Origin: the human T2T-CHM13v2.0 reference genome, Homo sapiens
Reading direction: 5' to 3' (one strand)
Length of the DNA: 64,000 bases
Assembly (NCBI RefSeq): GCF_009914755.1
Contig: NC_060925.1
The position numbers were made by a program, and so were the translations under genes. The notes under the pieces were generated by a model, which worked only from the letters and a program-made list of their open reading frames with translations, searched no databases and was not told the DNA's origin. Below, one piece after another: positions 54,689 through 64,000 of the stretch (positions are counted from its first letter, which is position 1; each line of letters opens with the position of its first letter).

Positions 54689-55349
54689 GTGAGTCTGCCA
54701 TGGGTGAGGGCCCTCCCTGCAGCCTTGGGATGAGATTAGAAGGAGGTTCTCACTGCTAGGGGGTGCAGAGGGGGTGCAGCTACAGAAGGAGGTGGCCCAG
54801 GCCGGGAGGTGTCTCAGGCCTGGAAGTAGCCTGGGCTGCCCCCGCTGGCAGTGAGCACTGCCTCTCACCTCCCGCTTTTGGCCACGTCAGAAGAAGGGCG
54901 TGGCAGGGACCCCGTTAGCTGGTGAAAGGGCTCAGAGCCCTGTAGCCCTCAGCGTGCAGCCTGGCTCCCAAGCCGCAGCTGAGTTTTCTGAGGATGGGGT
55001 GCGGGTGGGCGTCGGAACCGAGGGGATTCTGAGGCTGTCAGAGGAGGGGCCCTGTGGGCAGAGATTTCTGGGGACGGGTCTTCATGGGAGAGTCCAGGGT
55101 AGGGACCTTCTGAGAAGATCTGTGGGGTCCTCACGGCTGAAGGGGGGTCTCAGCGGATGAAGGTTTTTGTGGGAGGGTCTTTGCAGGCAGGTCAGGGTGG
55201 GGCCGGGGGAGCAAGGTTAGGGGCGGCTGTCTCAGGGACCCCCAGAGAACAGGCCTTCTAGGTTAGGGGGATGTTCTCTTGGGGACCCCCGTGAGGACAG
55301 GCCCTCCGGACAGTCTGGGAGCCAGTCTCCAGGCACCGTGTGCCCCCAG

Positions 55350-55490
55350 TTCATGCAGAAGAAGAGCCCTCTGTACATGCTGCTGAAGGAGCACACGGTG
55401 TGGAGCATGGAACACCTCAACCGCTACATCAGTGACACGTTCTGGAAGGCCCGGGGCCTCGCCAAGGACTGGGTCTTCACCACCCTCAAG
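55350..55490 (+). CDS. TTLL10: TTLL10 coding exon 10; FMQKKSP...WVFTTLK (codons 421-467); later exons lie beyond the window
   Basis: AG/GT, phase 0-0; cumulative CDS 1401 nt. Confidence 0.95.
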
Positions 55491-55523
55491 GTGCGTCCAC
55501 TGTGCCCTCCAGTCTGGGAGTGA
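55491..55523 (+). CDS. TTLL10: Intron read-through C-terminus VRPLCPPVWE* of a short TTLL10 isoform
   Basis: Frame stays open to TGA 55521-55523; M74 to this stop is 404 aa, matching a recalled short isoform. Confidence 0.6.
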   Translation: MRPLCPPVWE

Positions 55524-56268
55524 GATCCCTCGGGGCGGGGGTGTGTGGTCAGGCTGGGCACCAGGCACACAGATGTCCGTGGCGTGCGTGGGCGGCTGCG
55601 CTGAAGTGTGACCTGACCGTGTGGAACCAAACCCTTCCAGCGTCTCTGCTCACTTAGCTGGCAGTGCCTGTCCCCAGCAGCCAGCAAAGGCCCGGACGGA
55701 AAGCCCAGTCGGGGGTCTGTCGGCACGAGTCCCGCGGGCAGCCTCGCCGTAGGGTCAGGGGACAGCTCGGCTTCAGTGACAGCCACCATGTGAAGAGTCT
55801 TTGTTCCTTTCAGATCCTCCACTTGGCAGGCAGGGCCAACAGCAGCCCCCGGGCCAGGTGTCCTGGAGCAGCAGCAGCTGCCCGTGCAGGCCCGGACTCT
55901 CCCTAGCTAAGGGCCATGTGCGGTGGAGTGTCCTAATTTTGCAGGGTTCCTTTCTGTGGGGGTACCTGTGGGGTACTTCAAACAGCCCTAGCAGCAAAGG
56001 CCCTTGAGCAGCGCGGTGTGAAACTGGGATAAAAACGGGGCTTGGCCGAAGGACTTTTATCTGTCTTGGTCACCCCGGCCAGGCCCCGGAAGCAGCAGCC
56101 AGGGATGGTCCTTCCTCACCCACAGGCGTGTGTCACTGTGGCTGGGACGGCAGCGCTCAGAGGAGCCTCCAGTTACTTTCCTCACATCTCCCAAACTCTC
56201 TCTTAATTGCGATAATTCACAGAACATAAAATTCACGATCTTAAAGTGTGCAGTTCAGTGGCTTTTAG

Positions 56269-56857
<589 letters not shown>

Positions 56858-57211
56858 TGAATAATGTTGCTATAAATATTCACACAAAAATGTTTGTATG
56901 AATATATATTTTCAGTGCTCCTGGGAAAATACCCAGGAATGGAGTCGTGGGTCACAGGGTGACACACTTAACTTTCTGAGGAACCAGGAATCACTTTTCC
57001 AGTTTCTCCAGATCTCGCCAACACTTGTTATTTTCCTTTCTTTATTAAAGAATCACCATCTGGTCGGTGTGCAGGGATATCTCATTGTGGGTTTGATTTC
57101 CATTTTGCTAATGACAAATAACTTCATGTGTTCACTGGCCAGCTATGTATATTCTTTAGAGAAATGTCTATTCAAACGCTGTGGCTGTTCTTTACCATCC
57201 AGTTGTGAAAG

Positions 57212-57526
57212 TTTTTTTTGTTTGTTTTTTGTTTTTTTTTTTTTGAGACAGAGGCTCGCTCTGTCGTCCAGGCTGGAGTGCAGTGATGTGATTCTCGGCT
57301 CACTGCAAGCTCCGCCTCCCGGGTTCACGCCATTCTCCTGCCTCAGCCTCCCGAGTAGCTGGGACTACAGGCGCCCGCCACCACGCCCGGCTAATTCTTT
57401 GTATTTTTAGTAGAGACAGGGTTTCACCGTGTTAGCCAGGATGGTCTCGATCTCCTGACCTCGTGATCTGCCCGCCTCGGCCTCCCAAAGTGCTGGGATT
57501 ATAGGTGTGAGCCACCGCGCCCGGCC
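57212..57526 (-). mobile_element. AluY
   Basis: AluY diagnostics. Confidence 0.95.
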
Positions 57527-57697
57527 AAAAGTTCTTTACATATTCTAAACACTAGGCCTTTATCAGACATATGATTTGCCAATATTTTTCTGGAATATTG
57601 TGGCTGTCTTTTCACTTTCTTGATAATGTCCTTTGACCACAAAAGCTTTTAGTTTTGATGAAATCCAGTTTATCCATTTTTTTCCTTTGGTTACTCA

Positions 57698-58365
<668 letters not shown>

Positions 58366-58786
58366 TTATATTTAGGTCTTGGATCCATTTTCAGTTAATT
58401 TTTGTGTATGGTGTGAGTTAGGGATCCAACAGCATTCTCTTGCATGTGGCTATCCAGTTATCCCAGCACCATTTGTTGAAGAGACTATTCTTTCCCCCAT
58501 GGAATGGTCCTGGCATAGTATCAAAAACCAATTGACCAGAGCTGCAAGTGTTTATTTTTGGACTCTCAGTTCCATTCCATTAGTGTATATGTCTGTCTTT
58601 ATGCCAGTACCACATGGTTTTGATTGCTGTAGCTTTGTAGTAAGTCCTGAAATTGGGATATGTGAGTCTTTCAATATTGTTCTTTTTCAAGATTATTTTG
58701 GCTATTCAGGGGCCCCTTACAATTCCACAATTCCATATGAATTTTAAGATTGGCTTTTCCATTTCTGGGGAAAAAGTCCAATGAAA

Positions 58787-59085
58787 TTTTTTTTTTTTTT
58801 TTTTGAGACAGAGTCTCATTCTGTTGCCCAGGCTGGAGTGCAGTGGGGCAATCTCAGCTCACTGCAGCCTCGCCTCCCAGGTTCAAGCGATTCTCCTGCC
58901 TCAGCCTCCCTAGTAGCTGGGATTACAGGCACCCACCACCACGCTCGGCTAATTTTTGTATTTTTAGCAGAGACCAGGTTTCACTGTGTTGGCCAGGCTG
59001 ATCTCGAACTCCTGACCTCAGGCGATCTGCCCACCTCAGCATCTCAAAGTGCTGGGATTACAGGTGTGAGCCACCACACCCAGCC
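58787..59085 (-). mobile_element. AluS
   Basis: Full reverse dimer. Confidence 0.93.
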
Positions 59086-60212
59086 TCATCGAAATTTTAA
59101 TAGGCATTGCATTGAATCTGTAAGTCACGTAGCAGTGGCATCTTAACAATATTTAGTCTTCCGATCCATGAATATAGGATGTCTTTCCATTTTTCTAGGT
59201 CTTCTTCCATTTCTTTCAGCAATGTTTTCTAGTTTTCAGCATACAAGTCTGTCACCTACGGTAAATATTATTCTAGGTATTTTATTATTTTGACACTTGT
59301 GAATAGAATTATTTTTTAAATTTCCTTTTTGGATTGTCCATTGCTAGTGTATAAAAATAAAACTGATTTTTGTGTGTTGATCTTGTATCCTTCAACTTTC
59401 CTGAATTCACTTATTAGCTCCGTGTGTGTGTGCACTCTTCAAGATTTTTATATAAGGATCATGTCATCTGGAATAGAAACAGCTTTACCTCTTCCTTTCA
59501 AATTTATATGCATTTTATTTCTTTTCTTACATATTGCCGGCTACTTCCAGAACAATGTTGAATAGAAGTAGCAAAAGCAGTCATCCTTGTTTGTTCCTGA
59601 TCTGAGGAGGAAGGCCGTGGGTTTCTCATAAATGCCCTCGTCAGGTTGAGGAAGTTCCCTTCTGTTCCTAATTGGTTAAGTGTTTTTTGTTAATATCCTA
59701 GAAGGATGTTGAAATCTGTCAAATGCTTTTTCTGTCTCCACTGAGATGAGCGTGTCTTATTTCCCCTTCATTCTATTAATGTGTTGTATCGCACTGATTA
59801 ACTTTCATATGACAAACCCCGCTTGATGATGGTATAGAACCATTTAAATTTAAATATGCTGTTGGATTTGGTTTGCTAATATTTTAATGAGGATTTTTGT
59901 GTCTGTGCTTATAAGCAATACTGGTCTGTAGTGTTCTTTTCTCGAATGTCTTTGCCTGGGTGGTATTAAGGTAACCCTGGCCTCATAGCATGTTAGGATG
60001 CATTCTTTCCTCTTTTATTTTTGGAGTCTTTGTGAAGGATTGCTGTTAATTCTTTGTTTGAAATAATTCACCAGTAAAGCCACCTGGGTTTTCCTCTGTG
60101 GGAAAGTTTATTATTATTATTACTAATACTGCTGCAATCTTTACTTGTTATAGGTCCATCCAGATTTTCTAATCTTTAGTCTGCTTTATTTTGCTAAGAA
60201 TTTGTCCATTTC

Positions 60213-60530
<318 letters not shown>

Positions 60531-60812
60531 TTATCTAATTTGTTTAGTGTACAAAGTATTCCCTTGTCATCCTTTTAATCAATATAAAGTCTTTCTCCCC
60601 TGATTTTAGTAATTTGATTCTTCTCTCCTTTTTTTTTTTTTCTTTTTGGTCAGTTTCTCTAAGTCCTTATCAATTTTGTTGATCTTTTCAATGAACCAAC
60701 TCCTGGTTTCACTGATTTTCTCTACTGTTTTCTATTCCATTTATTTCCACTCTATCTTTATTATTTCCTTCTTACTACTTGCCTTGGGTTTAGTTTGCTC
60801 TTCTTTTACTAA

Positions 60813-61036
<224 letters not shown>

Positions 61037-61112
61037 TCTTTTTCTAATTTCTTAAGGTCAAAAGTTAGGTTATGATTTCAGTTTTTTCTTCTTGCTTAAG
61101 GTAGGTGCTTAG

Positions 61113-61500
<388 letters not shown>

Positions 61501-61691
61501 GCAAAGTATTTTAAATTTCCTTTGTAAGCTTTTCTTTGACCCATTGGTTGCTTAAGGGCCTGTTATTTAATTTCCACATATTTGTGATTTTTCCAATTTT
61601 CCTTCTGTTATTGACTTCTAATTTCATTCCATTGTGTCAGAGAACATACTTTATAATTTCAACCCTTTAAAAATTATTGAAAAATTATTGG

Positions 61692-61815
61692 AGCTGGTGT
61701 GTTGGCACATACCTGTAATTCCAGCTACTCAGGAGGCTGAGATGGAAACATTGCTTAAGCCCAGGAGTTTGAGTCCAGCCTGGGCAACACAGCAAAACCC
61801 CATCTTTAAAAAAAC
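61692..61815 (+). mobile_element. FLAM-like Alu monomer
   Basis: Single arm ending AAAACCCCATCTTTAAAAAAA. Confidence 0.75.
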
Positions 61816-61975
61816 AACAAACTTACTATTCATTAAGTGGATCATTAAAAAACAAAAACAAAAAACACTTGAAACTTGTTTATGTCCCAGCATATGGTCT
61901 ATCCTGGAGAATATCCATGTGCACTGGAGAAGGAGGTGTATCCTGTTTTTGGGTGTAGTGTTCTGTAGATGTCTG

Positions 61976-62489
61976 TGCCGAGACCAGCTCGGTCGGGGAG
62001 ACCCTAACCCGGCGGCGCTAGAGGAATTAAAGACACACACAGAGAAATACAGAGGTGTGAAGTGGGAAATCAGGGGCCTCACAACCTTCAGAGCTGACAG
62101 CCCTGAACAGAGATTTACCCACATATTTAGTAACAGCAAACCAGTCATAGCATTGTTTCTATAGATATTCAGTTAACTAAAAGTATCCCTTACGGGAAAC
62201 GAAGGGATGGGCCAAATTAAAGGAATAGGTTGGGCTAGTTAACTGCATCAGGAACACGCCCTTAAGACACAGATCGCTCCTGCTATTGTTTGTGGCTTAA
62301 GAACGCCTTTCAGCGGTTTTCCGCCCTGGGCGGGCCAGGTGTTCCTTGCCCTCATTCCCGTCAACCCACAACCTCCCAGCGTGGGCGTTAGGGCCATTGT
62401 GAACATGTCACAGTGCTGCAGAGATTTGTTTATGGCCAGTCTTGGGGCCAGTTTATGGCCAGATTTTGGGGGGGGGCCTGCTCCCAACA
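61976..62489 (-). mobile_element. MER9 solo LTR (HERV-K HML-3 family)
   Basis: Reverse complement starts TGTTGGGAGCAGGCCCCCC..AAATCTGGCCATAAACTGGCCCCAAG; TG...CA, 514 bp; 6-bp TSD TGTCTG (61970-61975, 62490-62495). Confidence 0.9.
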
Positions 62490-62741
62490 TGTCTGTTAGG
62501 TCTGTTTGGTTTATAATGTTGTTCGAGTCTTCTATTTACTCGTTAATCTTCTGTCTCTGTATTGAAAGCGGGATATTCAGTTGTCTACTTCTCCCTTCAG
62601 ATCTGTCAGTTTTTTGTATATTTCGAGGCTCTGTTGTTGGGTGTGTGTATGTTTATGATTATTAGATCTTCTTGGTTTATCGTTATAAAAATTTTCCTTT
62701 AATCTGCAGTAATAATTTTTGTGTAAAGTCTATTTTCTGTG

Positions 62742-63247
62742 ATATGAGTGTAGACACTCCAGTTGGTATAAGTGTAGACACTCCAGTTGATATGAATGTA
62801 GACACTCCAGTTGGTATGAGTGTAGACACTCCAGTTGGTATGAGTGTAGACACTCCAGTTCGTATCAGTGTAGACACTCCAGTTGATATCAGTGTAGACA
62901 CTCCAGTTGGTATGAGTGTAGACACTCCAGTTGGTATGAGTGTAGACAATCCAGTTGATATCAGTGTAGACACTCCAATTGATATCAGTGTAGACACTCC
63001 AGTTGGTATGAGTGTAGACACTCCAGTTGGTATGAGTGTAGACACTCCAGTTCGTATCAGTGTAAACACTCCAGTTGGTATGAGTGTAGACACTCCAGTT
63101 GATATCAGTGTAGACACTCCAGTTGGTATGAGTGTAGACACTCCAGTTGTTCATATCAGTGTAGACACTCCAGTTGGTATGAGTGTAGACACTCCAGTTG
63201 GTATGAGTGTAGACACTCCAGTTGGTATGAGTGTAGACACTCCAGTT
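62742..63247. repeat. 24-bp palindromic minisatellite, ~21 copies
   Basis: Unit ATGAGTGTAGACACTCCAGTTGGT. Confidence 0.98.
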
Positions 63248-63425
63248 CTACTTTGGTTACCGTGTGTGGTACATCTTTTTCCATCCCTTTACTTTCCACC
63301 TATTTTTGTCTCTGAAACTAAAGTATCTTTTGTAGATGGTATATCATGTTTTTTTAAGAAACTCCGTCAATGTCTATTAATTGGAAAGTTTAATTCACTT
63401 ACATTTAATATAATTACTGATAAAG

Positions 63426-63761
<336 letters not shown>

Positions 63762-63844
63762 TTATTTGTTTTCTATGTCTGTCTTTTTTTGTTCCTCAGT
63801 TTCTCCATTACTGCCTCCTATTGTTTTAGAGAGATATTTTCTAG

Positions 63845-64000
<156 letters not shown>

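Noticed and set aside
62860-63170. CAGTGT in VNTR variants as miR-200a sponge sites
   Set aside because: CAGTGTA lacks the second T of the CAGTGTT seed match, and the array is intronic
62742-63247. CRISPR-like appearance (short palindromic repeats)
   Set aside because: Units are contiguous with no unique spacers, there are no cas genes, and the context is a eukaryotic L1

Overview
Primate (very probably human) GC-rich subtelomeric genomic DNA. I recognise it as the 1p36.33 miR-200b/200a/429 - TTLL10 locus. Firm content: three pre-miRNA hairpins (MIR200B 37701-37795, MIR200A 38460-38549, MIR429 39602-39684), an upstream CpG-rich promoter full of ZEB/SNAIL E-boxes, a downstream AATAAA, and the 5' part of TTLL10 on + (three probable non-coding exons and ten coding exons, codons 1-467, all GT-AG and phase-consistent). 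The rest is about 25 Alus, MER41 and MER9 solo LTRs with target-site duplications, MER30, old L1/MLT1 remnants and an unusually dense set of minisatellites. Almost all ORF-track entries are artefacts of high GC, Alus and VNTRs. No CRISPR array, tRNA, rRNA or intact mobile-element ORF is present. The best leads are: (1) a splice-junction-created ATG opening a 148-codon overlapping ORF across both TTLL10 start codons; (2) a minisatellite with 20 GCAGGTG E2-boxes about 7 kb from miR-429; (3) coding-like, stop- and Alu-disrupted minus-strand segments at 29.6-31.5 kb (possible unannotated unitary pseudogene); (4) a MER41 LTR with two intact GAS motifs; (5) a possible stop-free 1428-nt TTLL10 circle. 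These are hypotheses from reading the sequence by eye. lncRNA names and extents and repeat subfamilies come from recall and were not checked against databases.
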